From positions 1,068,436 through 1,132,435 of the forward strand of contig NW_018407065.1 of assembly GCF_002113885.1 (NCBI RefSeq): a stretch of DNA of 64,000 bases, given 5' to 3'. This stretch comes from Mizuhopecten yessoensis. Its lineage: Eukaryota. The position numbers and the translations under genes are program-made. Every line of letters starts with the position of its first letter. Within the stretch, counting starts at the first letter, position 1. The notes beneath the pieces were generated by a model, which made no database searches, was not told the origin of the DNA, and saw nothing but the letters and a program-made list of their open reading frames with translations. Positions 50,801 to 62,545 of this stretch are shown in pieces.

Positions 50801-53021
50801 ACAGACACTGCTGGCTGCAAAACACAGAATAAAACTTTTCTTTCTTTCTTATTTAATTTCTTATTTACCGATCCAAATCAATTTGGTTTCAAAATTAAAA
50901 TTCAAACATTTACAATTGCACCACAGTACATTTCTTTTAATGTCATGCCACAGACAAAATGATAGCAAACATGACATTAAAAGCAGTATGGTTTTCCTAT
51001 GAATATACAGTTAGTCAGTATAAACAGCACACGTAACATAGGGAAAGTACATACCAATGATCCTAACCAAGTTAGCTAAGTTAAGACAACTCTTCAACTA
51101 TTGTCTCACACCAACTCAAGGGCTTGGTGAAAATATATAGTTACCATTGTTTTCACAGGTTAACCCTTTCACCCCTATGTAACTTTAGTAGACTCTACCA
51201 TGCATTGAAATAGAGGGGTCCATTATGGTCTACAGTGGTGAAAGGGTTAAAGCCTGAATTTGTAAATTTTAAATGTCAAGAAAACAGAACCTGATGTAAT
51301 GAGGAGTTCACGCTGAATCACATGATAAACAAGAGACCAAGGTCTCACATGATTGTAACTTACATTGAATTCAATGATATGATGCATGCATATCAAGAAA
51401 GCAAAATAAGTATTGTACAAGCTAAGCAGTCTTAACTCATTCACCTCTGAATACACATTTGAACTACAATTCAAAGGTTAGAATAGTTCATTACAAAATG
51501 TCAGGGGTGAATGAGTTAATTTTAACAAATTCTTATAAAATTTGGCCTACATTAGGCTTCATATCATGTGCTGACTATGAATATTATCATAATATTTCTA
51601 TAGCTACTATAAGGCCCCCTATCTCTCTTATAAGTCTGCACAGTCTGCCCACCTAGCCCACTTGAGCCAATGCAAGTAAGCTTTAAAAATCATTCTCTAT
51701 ACCAAATTGATTAAAATCCCTTCATTTTTAGTTATAGAGTTTTCTTTCAAAATTTTCAACATGTACTCCTGTCATGTAACCAATTTGCAGTACACTATTA
51801 ATTGAGTGATATCATTTGTTAAAAATCCTTCAAGAATCACCATACTTAAGCTTTACCACCATATCCCACATTGAACCTCTCTCCCCTCTGCCCTAAAGGT
51901 GGAAAAGGGATCATAAAACACTTCATTTACAAACTGAGTTCCCTTTACACGGTACCCTCTATAGCAAATCAGGTCACATACCTTAGAAGTAGTCTTTTAA
52001 AGATTCCCCTTGTTACTTCTATTTGACTCACTCCTCTGCTGCTAAAATACCTTCATATACTTAGCTTTGAGTTTTCTTGATTTTGTTTTTATACCAAATC
52101 AAGTTATAATCCCTTCGTCTTTACTGAAGACGTAGTCATTTTAAAGTTTCAACACCTAATATCCCCTAATGGGCCTTGTCCTTGTACCACATGCTAGCGT
52201 TCTACAAAATTGAGTCTCCTTGGTCGAGAGATCCTTAATTCAAACCAGATCACAAAAAGTCTTTTCTTTCCCAAAGATTTACTAGTCCCACAACTCAAAT
52301 CCGAGTAACATACATTATGTTTGTACAAAGGAATAAGGTAACAGGCAAAACTTATGAATGCCTTCTCCTGACAATAGCCATTCCATTACACATAAGCTGG
52401 TCGCCAGCATAGACAAATTGACCATCTGTTATAACCGTTTACCATTGCAACACATCAATTTTATGTAACATCATGTAATACATGATAGGCCTAATGACTA
52501 AGTTTATTTCTTTATTATTTATTTTAGATTTGAGCTCCATTATTTAAAAGATTATTACTTTTTTACAATATCATAATTATAGCTCTGGTTCTATTTATGA
52601 CTTCATTGTCTCTTTTTAATTCACACTATATTAGTGTATATCCTGTACATTTTTACACTTTGCTACATTAGCATATATGTTTATTACATTACACTATGAT
52701 AGTATAGTGTCTTAACTTGTCTTTCGTAACACGTGTGAATTCCAAGTGTGATATCATATGCTCTACTGTATAATTTTAGCATATCTAATTTGAATTGTTG
52801 TCCTGTTTTTATATTTATTCATAAGTACTGTGATCCTTGTTAAATTTTATATATGTTTTGTCGCAAGAATAGCACTACAGTGCTGATGTTATTATGTTAC
52901 ATGTATATGCGACGTTAAATAAAGCAGCAAATCATTTGTAAACAATAGACAATATTACCATAATCAGGGTGTAGTCTTGCCATTCTCTTAATTTCCTTTT
53001 TGGATCAGATTGAATAAACAT
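40850..53021 (-). CDS. PSMG2: Proteasome assembly chaperone 2 (PAC2), ~277 aa, 7 coding exons: 52959-53021, 50643-50814, 49659-49717, 48531-48649, 46814-47005, 45789-45906, 40850-40960
   Basis: Phase-consistent GT-AG chain with PAC2 signatures: YTLIMPAVSVGNVGQLAVDLLIST, PLVGNDP, VIQQRAP, LVILTSS, PGGGIAKSL, LLMFCSEGDN, WKIPLSWRHLFG. Confidence 0.96.
41185..45700. repeat. Large G-rich composite minisatellite in the last PSMG2 intron: 34-bp (TTTTAGATGGGAGGCAGCTGTAGACAGGTGGTAG) and 21-bp (GATGGGAGGCAGCTGTAGACA) units
   Basis: Direct repetition over ~3.8 kb, with additional units left of the inserted element at 41247-41881. Confidence 0.97.
41247..41881 (-). mobile_element. Pearl/HINE-like non-autonomous element with (GACA)n and three ~140-bp internal repeats, inserted into a minisatellite
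   Basis: Subterminal inverted repeats TATACCCCCGC (~41275) and GCGGGGGTATA (~41870), terminal hairpin CCCCC-TAACTTCGTTGC-GGGGG, (GACA)n at ~41807-41837, and repeats of AAAGGGGCATAACTCCATCAAAAAGG... Confidence 0.8.
46144..46251. repeat. 27-bp perfect tandem repeat x4 (TTTGGGTCATTCTATCAGAAGTCCTTG)
   Basis: Direct repetition. Confidence 0.95.
46364..46845 (-). repeat. 71-72-bp tandem array made of the PSMG2 exon-5 end plus its 5' splice donor; 7 donor copies
   Basis: Minus-strand unit GGGGCATAGCCAAGTCATTACTGGAGGAATG|GTAAGCCAGAGTTAATACAAAATTATCTAACTAGATGAAGA; donor G at 46813, 46742, 46670, 46598, 46526, 46454 and 46383. Confidence 0.95.
47374..48545 (-). repeat. 38-bp tandem array made of the PSMG2 exon-4 end plus its 5' splice donor; ~30 copies
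   Basis: Minus-strand unit ATACAGCTTCAGGG|GTAAGTTTTATCTTAACAGTAAAC. The real exon end is ATACAGATTCAGGG|GTAAG at 48531/48530. Confidence 0.95.
49829..50321. repeat. 32-bp minisatellite (CATGGACTAGGAAATATTTATGTTACAAGGAG), ~15 copies, in PSMG2 intron 2
   Basis: Direct repetition. Confidence 0.95.
51164..51246. mobile_element. Tiny piggyBac-like MITE (83 bp) with TTAA TSD
   Basis: TTAA|CCCTTTCACC ... GGTGAAAGGG|TTAA. Confidence 0.75.
51436..51515. mobile_element. Tiny piggyBac-like MITE (80 bp) with TTAA TSD
   Basis: TTAA|CTCATTCACCTCTGA ... TCAGGGGTGAATGAG|TTAA. Confidence 0.75.
51610..52430 (-). mobile_element. Probable decayed HINE-like element; boundaries approximate
   Basis: Degenerate motifs (CTGCCCACCTAG, TATACCAAATT, CCCTCTGCCCTAAAGG...GGGATCATAAAA) resemble the reverse complement of the other HINE copies. 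Confidence 0.35.
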
Positions 53022-53346
53022 GGCTCAGTCAATAGCATGCACTTTTAATCGATATAAACGCTTTGTAAACAAACGCATTGTCATGCACCCAAATTACACA
53101 TGGAGGCCGCCATTGTTGTATTACTTGGCACGAGAATGAATATCTGTTGTCATCCGAATTCACTTACATTTTATCATTTAAAACAATCATGTAAAAAGAC
53201 TTGTTAAGATACAATGTTTTTAATGAAGTTCCTCTAAATGAAATAAATTTAAATCAAATATATATAAATTTATAATAGATGAAATCAACGGCTGTTGCAA
53301 TACTCTCAATGATGTTACTTTTACCAAGTAAGCGAACCGATCTCAG
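53022..53346. promoter_or_regulatory. Probable bidirectional promoter for PSMG2 and the FMO, with a YY1-like GCCGCCATT; probable FMO non-coding exon 1 ending at the donor CAG|GTAAGG (53346/53347)
   Basis: Lies immediately upstream of the PSMG2 ATG. The FMO ATG exon has an acceptor (TTTTCTGTATAG, 54746) 33 nt before its ATG, which implies an upstream UTR exon. Confidence 0.5.
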
Positions 53347-53558
53347 GTAAGGTCACTAATTTGTTCATAGTTTCACCATTAAAAACGAAATGAAATAGTT
53401 CTAGTGATTGAGTTTATGAAACGTTGCTGACTACATATTTGGTCATGTATGAACAAATAGAAACATACATTTACCTAGTCTAGATATGATGACAAGAAGT
53501 TAAACCCCCCTAATAAATTTCAAAAGGTGTAAATAAGTTTTCATTAAAAAAGAAAAAA

Positions 53559-53707
53559 GATCCACAACAGACGAAAGGTACATAACACATACTTGGGTGA
53601 TTTGTATGTTAGAGATTCATCTCTAACATTCAATGTTTAAAAATAACTTTATCCAGTCACCCAAATCACCCAAGTATGTGTTATGTACCTTTCGTCTGTT
53701 GTGGATC
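53559..53707. repeat. Perfect 46-bp inverted repeat with a 57-bp spacer
   Basis: 53559-53604 (GATCCACAACAGACGAAAGGTACATAACACATACTTGGGTGATTTG) is the exact reverse complement of 53662-53707. Confidence 0.92.
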
Positions 53708-54779
53708 GTCTGTCATCCGTAAGCAGAGATACTTGTATGAAGTTAATGAAGCGGGCTAAGGGACAGGGTGAGTCTTTGGTGGGCCCAGTACAGATTTTGT
53801 GTACACATATTTAATGCCTTTATACACAGTATATCTAAAATTGTCACTCAAAGTGAAAAAACACTTGACCATAACATCACCATACGTATATTATAGTGAA
53901 CAAGTATGCGCGGCCAAATATGTCAATAAACGTGTAACGTTATGATTATGAATGTGTGACTCTTAACACCCACAGTAAGATCGACTTTCCAGCTGATGTA
54001 TGTCTACTGTCTATAGCATTATTCTGGTATCATATCTGTCCATATTTGTATGCCTTACTATATTCATAACTGTCACTGTAGGAATACTATTTTTTCATGT
54101 TTTATTTATAAAGCGCCTAAGTATAGAGTAATTTTGCAAATTATATAGGGCGCTATAAAAATGTTGTACATTGATGTTGTTGTGGTATTGTTACATGGCT
54201 CCGCCTGAACAGCCATGTAACAGATGATTTTAATCAGATTGGTATTAATGAATACTGCTTCTGTACGTTACCCCTCGTGCAATAATAGCAAATAGATGCA
54301 ACTAAGGAGATGCTGTGTTAAAGTGATGGCTTTAGCTATTATAAGTAATTAAGTGCTAATCAACGATCAGTAAGTCAGATTAATATTCTCTACAGACCCA
54401 ACACTTAGAAAACTGGGTGGATGAAATGAGTATGGTTAACATGAAATGTGTATGGAATGTTTAGGATGAGTGTACTGTGAAGTATATTATAGTCTCCAAA
54501 AAAATTGTCATGTGTATGTGCTTTGAAAAACTGAATCAAAATATATATATTTTTTTTTTAATAAGTGCTAATCATTTGGTGTATTTTGACTATAAATGAC
54601 ACCTACGAGGCCATTGGAAATTTGGTCAATATATTATCCGTCAAGTCAACCTTTTTATAATGTTGTAGTATTTAACCAAGGTTTTGCACGGATTCTTTTC
54701 AACTTTTCTTGTGTCAAGTGAATTTCTCAATTTATTTTCTGTATAGAGGGAACCACTGTGAGATCTGCCAGTAGTAGAG

Positions 54780-57700
54780 ATGACGATCCGCGTGGCTGTG
54801 ATAGGAGCGGGAGCGGCAGGACTCTGTGCTCTGCGGCACCTCACCACCAGACAATACAAGTTCCGGGCCGTCTGCTTTGAACAGAACAGTCGTCTTGGTG
54901 GAACATGGATTTACACTGATAAGACTGGCGTGGATGACCACGGTCTCCCCATACACTCCAGTATGTATAAAAACCTCACGTAAGTACAAAATTACTGGGA
55001 ACAATGTGTAAGATATAATCCAGAGAACGTACTATAAAATACACTGAACCTTGGGGGATCATAAAATTAGTTCCGTACGAAGTTATAGAATATCAAGTGT
55101 ATGAGACAATACTTCAGCCATCTTTACTTAGGATTACGTTGATCCAATACCTTCAAGAAATATGGATATTGGTTTGAAATAATTTGGTTAACAAGATATG
55201 ACTTCTACATAAGCAAGATTACATAATAAGAATATAAATGTAGTAAGTATACTGTACTACCTAAACTCTGCATTACTCTGGACCAGAGATCGTGAAAGGA
55301 CCATAAATCTAAAGTTTTCTGAAGTTTTGGCTTAATTAACCAATTACACAGAACGTCTTGAAAAGTGACTTCACACGTTTTTGGCTTAGCAAAAACTGAA
55401 GTCTATGATTGTTTCATGATCCCGGGCCAGGATATAGAGATATATTTTGGCCGAACTAAATGATGCTTTGACATTGAATGTCAACGTAAATCGCTCTGAC
55501 AAGCCTCTCCAATGCATGATCAGTTATTACTGAAAATAATTCGTTTATAATCCCTTTTCAAATAAGAACAAATTTATTATAAAATCACTCAATTGACAGC
55601 CAGCTAAGTTGCAATGTTGCCTAGGTGGTTTTATTTCAGTTCATCGAAGTGTGATCTGACGAACCAATCTCCAATACAGATTACTAATTATCTTTCAACA
55701 GTAATTTTGCAGACATTTTATTTATGAACAAAACGTATGGACTATTCTTTGTCCAACAGGACGAACCTTCCTAAGGAGTTGATGGCTTTCCCCGATTTCC
55801 CATTCCGAGGGGATCTTCCGTCCTATGTGAGACATGGAGACGTGTTGGAATACCTAGAGAGCTATGCAGATCAGTTTGATTTATTTAAGTATATCAAGGT
55901 TAGTATACTATAGTCTTTATTGACATTATTTGTTGAACGATCTCCCTCATAATTTATCTTCAATTAATTTTTAGATCGGTAATACAGTTAAAATACTATT
56001 AAAATCAAAGAAAATATGAATGATGCGTAATATAAAAAAGTCTTTTCCTTTCCTATAAAAAATAACAGCCATGAAAGCATCCGAATACCACTATGAACAT
56101 ACTACACTGACCTTGGACCCGTACAGTATTACTGTTGGTACCTAGCCCGAGTTTCCTCTGGCCCTGCCACCAGACTTCGACATTTTGACAGATAGGTCCC
56201 ACACCAGACATCTATCTGTCAAAATGTCTACGTCTTGTGTCAGTGTCAGATGAAGCTCGGGCTACTGGGTACCATGCAAGCAATACGATGTCCGTAGTAG
56301 TGAGATGTAACATTGTAATTCATATATTATGCTTCTGTTGAAGCAGTTTGTTGCATAGTAATGAGCATAATGAGGATATGAGGTCTACAGTCAAATACGT
56401 TTTTAGTTGTCTAAGCCATTATATCGAAACGTCTAAAGACAACAGTACCCACTTGTATAAAACATCTCAAAGTTAAGGAAAATCTCAAGCAATGTATTGT
56501 CTATGGGAAATCTTAGACTTGAGAAAATCTCAAGAGTTGAGATGCTTTATACAAGTGGGCCCAGAACTTATAAGTATCATTTAAGGTCATGAAGAGGTCA
56601 AAACGAAGACACACATCATGTTTCATGTAAAGAGTCGAGGTCTTCGACCCTAATTATGGTTTACATGGATCTACAACAAGTTGTTGCTTAAAATAACAAG
56701 TTTACCCACTAACAGATACCACATTTCAAGTAATTATCCTGTTGGCTATTTGACACATTTTCTATTCAAATCTGTTTTTTCGCATATAAAACATGTTTTC
56801 AATTTTTGTAACAAACTTCTTATTTTTTTCATGTTATTTTTCTTTCACGAAAAATTGTTTCTGTGAGAGTTTTTATCCCTTAATGATTTGTGATAACTAC
56901 TGGAAGAAGACAGATGTTTATTGAATTCACAATAAGTATGTGTAATTTCAGTTCTCCACTACAGTGATTTGGGTTGAGCCCCTGACCTCCCCCGACAAGG
57001 TAACGTGGCAGGTGACGTACAAGGCTTTATCAGACTCTGTTGTAACTCCTGTCACAGAAAACTTTGATGCTGTCATGGTTTGCAATGGGTACGTTGGTCT
57101 TGTCTAACTATTTACTGCATGTTCAAACGCCTCAAAGTATCGAATGTACATACATGTATAATGAAGGTTTTGATTTAGCTTTATTGCTTCTATGAAAAAT
57201 ATTTTTTTAACTCGCTTAATAAGAGCGGGGAATTTGTTAACACTCCAACAGATCGTTTTGATAGAGTGGACTAGGCCAATGTCACTAGACACATTCACTA
57301 ACTATACCATCTTTGTAGCCCCTTCATAAAAGGATGTCAAAAACGAGTACGCGTTGAGGTATTCCTGGTCTTTTCGAAATTTCCAAATGTGGAAGAGCAA
57401 TGCCCTGAACTTATTATTGATTATGAGACAATACAAAATAGAAAGGAGGTCAATGGATCTTAAAGGTCATCCGAGTGAAATTTTATATTTCTGATGTTAT
57501 AAATTTATATCTCTGCTACCAGCATTGACCCGAACCCTCAGCCTCTTCTTGAACTTAAATTATAATTCTCATTGTCTAAGAACTATTTCATGAATATTTG
57601 TTTTATATGCACTTGTATCTTTCAAATGAAATGTCGTTTGACAGTTTTTTTAACACTTATTGACCCGTCATGAGTTCCCATGGGTGAGTCTCTTCTAGAA

Positions 57701-59195
57701 TAGCAGTGCTGGTGCTCATAAGCTAAGGAGCATTTCATGGAATATTGGTGAAACCTACCAGTATGTTTCAGAGGAGATGTTTTTCGAAAGTTTTCTATCT
57801 CGTTATCCCTAATGTTCCCGCTCCACATCAATAGGAGGTGTGTGGTTGGGTTCAGTCCATTCTTGAGTTTATAAATTTGTTCCTTAGCACAGGCTGATCA
57901 GTACAACCACGTTTCATCAAAATATAGCTCAACAAGTAACCTTACAATACTTCAATATCTTACGTGTTGTAGTCATTTCGCTGTTCCAATCTTACCCGCC
58001 ATTCCCGGACTGGATCTGTTCCAAGGTAAAGCAATACACAGCCATAACTACCGTTATCCGGCCGAGTTTGAGGGGAAGCTTGTGGTGTGTTTGGGTGCTG
58101 GCGCATCTGGGATTAGCATCAGTGTGGACGTATCAACTACTGCCAAACAGGTAGAGTTTCTACTTTATCACGTACGTCACTGTAAAATAATTAAAGGGAA
58201 AGTATAACTCTGAGTTATAGAAGAAGGAGAAAAGTCAGCAAAAGTAGGAAAATCAGACAAAGAAACGCTTACGATTTTCATTGACTGAATTCGGTCACAG
58301 GTCTTACTTAATCCGAAGGTTGAGATCTCCTTCTCTACGCCATAGAGGGTGGATTGTCATTATCTTTCCCTAACTTAAGGGTATGGGTAGGAAATCAACC
58401 TTAGAAGTGAGGTTTTGAATGTTCGAAAACAATGGTTTCCGTGGGCATGATATTGTAACAATCGTCTGACATTTGCATTGCATGTCAAACTCTTTTACTT
58501 CAAGTAACGAACAGTTTAAATCCTTTGTAGACCGATTTAATATAATTATGTTTCAGGTTTACATGTGTCACAGGAAGCCAAGCCTACCGACGTGTCTACC
58601 TGATAACGTAGAACAAAAACCTGGAGTTAAGAATGTCACAGAACACACAGTGGTGTTTGAAAATGGTGAGGAAGTGACGGTTGATGCTCTACTGTTCTGT
58701 ACGGGTTATAGATTCAGTTTTCCTTTCCTGTCTCCAGAGTGTCATTTGACAACTGAAAATGAACGTATAGTTCCCCTTTACAAGCACCTCATTCACACTG
58801 AATATCCATCTCTGTCATTAATTGGAATCACAAAGATCATTTGTCCGTTTCTAAACTTTCACCATCAGGTGCTCTTTGTGATTGCTACCCTAGACGGTAC
58901 TATAACGCTACCAAGTCGTAAAAACATGGATGAAGATACAGCTAAAGACTTCAGCAATAGGTTGAAAGGAGGCATGCCAGAACGCTACGCCCATACTATG
59001 GGCCCCCTTCAGTGGCGCTATTATGATGAGATCGCAGACCTTGTAGGATCTAAGCGAATTCCTCCTGTCTTTAAAGAGTTATATGAAACTGTAATGCAAA
59101 TGAGGAACAAGGATTTTGTAAACCTCAAGTCTTTTAACTATAAGATATCAGGGCCAAACACTTATGTAACTAGTAATGACAATCTAGCAACATAA
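54780..59195 (+). CDS. Flavin-containing monooxygenase (class B; FMO GS-OX / senecionine N-oxygenase-like), ~430 aa, 5 coding exons: 54780-54979, 55760-55898, 56952-57088, 57973-58150, 58557-59195
   Basis: FAD motif VAVIGAGAAG, GGTW, HSSMYKNLTTNLPKELMAFPDF, DAVMVCNGH, FMO fingerprint FQGKAIHSHNY, NADPH motif GAGASG, and DALLFCTGY. Splicing is phase-consistent. Confidence 0.95.
56143..56264. mobile_element. Palindromic MITE-like hairpin with TAG...CTA termini, in FMO intron 2
   Basis: TAGCCCGAG...CTCGGGCTA with inner arms GACATTTTGACAGATAG / CTATCTGTCAAAATGTC. Confidence 0.7.
56447..56562. mobile_element. Palindromic MITE-like hairpin in FMO intron 2
   Basis: CCCACTTGTATAAAACATCTCAA ... TTGAGATGCTTTATACAAGTGGG. 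Confidence 0.7.
57435..57945 (-). mobile_element. Probable decayed HINE-like element in FMO intron 3
   Basis: GAGGTCAATGGATCTTAAAGGTCATCCGAG resembles a reversed HINE 3' hairpin and subterminal repeat; the internal repeats are degenerate. Confidence 0.35.
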
Positions 59196-62189
59196 ACTGC
59201 TATTAAGAAAAGTCTCGCTCACGGCAACTTGGCCTACTTTTTTCAAGGGGTGATATTTTAAGTGTGTCTTTAAGCAGGTGTGTTTTAACAAACATTGCTC
59301 TGAACTGTATAAAATATTTGAAATCTAACAAACGGAAACCAGATATTCACCAGTGATTGAGTATTTCAGTCCATCTTCAGCATCCACTAACTTTAATGTT
59401 GTATCAGTTTGATGATATATTTTGTCACTTGACTTCAAAATGATGGGATGATTTTTACACCGATCATTTTCCAACACTTTAAAATAAAATTTACCTCACA
59501 TTTTATTCTCATCTATTTCCCCTCTTGTCCTTGTATTATTTTACATACTATTTACAGTGGCAGCTTTATAATATTGACATTAAACAATTGAAACATATAA
59601 ATATATAATTAAAACATTTGCAGAAGCAATTAAAATTACTTTCAAATATATTCTATATATAATATAATGGTTCTAGGACGTCCCCCGCTGTCAGTTAAGA
59701 TATTATTTCTTCCTTTTTTGCTGTAAACGCTGTAATATAGAAGTATGTAATATATCTTTTAGAAATATATGTAAGTCTATAAACTTATATGAACCATTAT
59801 CGATTTCTTCTTGAAAAAAGGTAACTCTGTGATATACTCACGTTGCTTGTAACCATCTTTGTCACTACCTTGATCCGTTTGACTTGGGATACGCGAGGTG
59901 AAAGCTTTACTGTGTATACGGTAACAATTATGTTTCTTACTCAGTACTTTGTTTTAATAACAAACAGTTAAACAAAAATTAATCACTTACATTGCTGGTT
60001 TGTCATGTTATCAAACTGTTTTCACCCTTTGACATTTCGAGGTGTTTCATCCCATGAGAATCAATCAATCAATCAATCGATTTATTTTCTTCCTTGTTTA
60101 TTTGCCTGCACGTGTGTATGTGTGCCGGAGGCAGGGTATGTTGTTGTATTTAATAAAACGATGAATACTCAGAACATATATACAATGTTCTACTTTTCGT
60201 GGAACTATTCAGACATTATATCTGTCCGTTATATCGTCTTTGTGTTCGTGGATTAATCCACTTGCAGGATTGTAAGTATCCACAGGATCAGAAAGGGACA
60301 TTATTATTTGATTTGACAGCGTGCATTGAAATATAAGATAAAAGCTTACTTAAGGAATTGAACATCGCCTATTAAAAACGTAGGATATATAAATTTGTCT
60401 TCAAAATTGTTCAAGATATGAGGCGGTAGTGGTTTTCCCCCAAAAAACTTGTGAAACCCAATAACCCTCTCAGAAATTCCTCGTGTTGCAGGAATTATCC
60501 AAATATTACCGTAAAGATTGATGTGCATCACCAAAAACGGTACAGATAAACTTCATGACTTGATTGACCCAGATCATATCGTTTAGGCTGCACCCTCGGC
60601 TCATTTGGTTTAATAGGAAGGTATAACAAGTTCAGTGTCGTTACTTGATTTCTATGTTATACATGCATCAGCGTATGGCATTTAAAACGAGCAATGGAGA
60701 CATTTGTAATTATCAAAAAGATGATGAAATTATTTGAGAGACGAGAATGGAGAAGGTAGGAAGAGGTGATCTAATCTCTCCCTACGCTGTATCATTACAC
60801 TAGTATGGACCTAAATAAAAAGCCTGTAATAAATGAAGCACTCATCCAATTACAGAACATCGCCAACAGAAGAGTACATCTAAAGTTAAACAGTTACCAA
60901 ACTCTAAAGAATTCTTATACACGATGCTACCATGAAATGCAGTTTTGACAAATAGTCGCTTTTAATAATATTTGTTTAGAATTGTTCTGCTTGGTTTCGT
61001 GTAGGATATCTGAATTACTAACTACATGTATGTCATTATATATGTAATTAAATACATTTAATTTTGTCAGTATCTCTTATAACTATCCATTAAAATATAA
61101 GGTCAGATTCTGTAGGATTTCATACATAGTGTCGATTACAAGCCCTGTATACATACATTTCTCGAATCTTTTCCAGTAGTGGATATACTGACATATTGTC
61201 CCGGCATTGGTTTTCGAGCAGTATGTGTTTCGAAGCTGTTATTCTGTCCCTGACCATGTGAACGTCTTGCACGAAGACATTTTAAGATTTCGGCACATCA
61301 TCTGTACACTCACAAAAATGTTTATTAAGTTAGTTCGGAAACGATTTTTCCTATGAGTATAAATTGAAAATCGATTTAGAAACATGCATAACGTTACATG
61401 TACATATGTGCCGTAAAATTGTTTTATCTTGCTAAATATGAGCAACAAACTAAGGATTTACTCCTCATCCAGTCTGTGTTATTGTCTATGTTTTTAAGCA
61501 TTTTTGTTTGTTTTTGTTGTTGTATTCTAATGAATGAATCAAATAAAGGTAAATTAATAACACACATAAAATATAAGCTACAATATATTTCAATCGATTA
61601 TTATGCGTGTATTCGAGTTGTCTTTCTTGGAACACTTGATCACATGTACAGTTACAGCTTGATCAGAAATCAATCTGTCCGTTTCGAATTAGGTAAGCGA
61701 CTGTTTGTTATTATTCTTTAAATGCTGTTTTCATTTGTCAATTTTCCGTTTCTATATGTGTTCTCACTAAATACAACAGGTCCAGCCGATATGAGAATGA
61801 AATGCGGAGTTGTTTTTAAGGGCCCCGAAACCGATAGAACAAGTATACCTGCTACTGTGCTAGTCCAAAATACCGGCACATTTATTTGGCTGTCTTATTG
61901 GTTGGTTACATTTAAAAGAAGATAGTTCGGTTTTTTTGGACTATAGGATACCATGCCGACGCTACTACATTTCATAGGCACCTGCCAGCATATGGTTATT
62001 GCCAATTTAAAGTGAATTTTACTGTTTCGTGCGAAAATTATACCGTAGCGTAATAATTCAGTGTATGTGTACCGGTATGATATTGAGCGAACAATCCAAC
62101 GCATATTTATCAAAGATGATAAGTAGAAGATATAGTCTTTTCATTTCCTAAATATTTCGTTTGATTTGATTGTATAAACATTATAAGTC

Positions 62190-62545
62190 ATTAACTTGCA
62201 ATCTTTATCAAGGTACACAAACGCATTATGGCATGGAGGCCGCCATTGAAAATATTACTGAACACAAGAAATTTTTCAAATTTGTCAACCGAATTTAGTT
62301 AAATGTAGTGACCAATCTTTGACTTTAATAGACATGGTCTGCTAATTCAATCCTAGCTCTCTTGTTTATGCATCAAATTAAATGTATTCAAAATATCAAA
62401 CGTATTTCTTGCAGCGATAATATTAATTGTATTTGATTCAGTAGAAATATTACTGGTACCGAGTATTTGAACCTGTTACACAATACCGGAAAAGTAATTT
62501 ATGGGTAAGGTCAGTTCTATTTTCATTATTATCATTCAAAGTTTC
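62190..62545 (+). promoter_or_regulatory. Diverged duplicate of the PSMG2/FMO promoter and FMO non-coding exon 1
   Basis: Collinear shared blocks with 53040-53390: ACAAACGCATT, CATGGAGGCCGCCATTG, TTGTCA.CCGAATT and the donor GGTAAGGTCA, with similar spacing. Confidence 0.6.
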
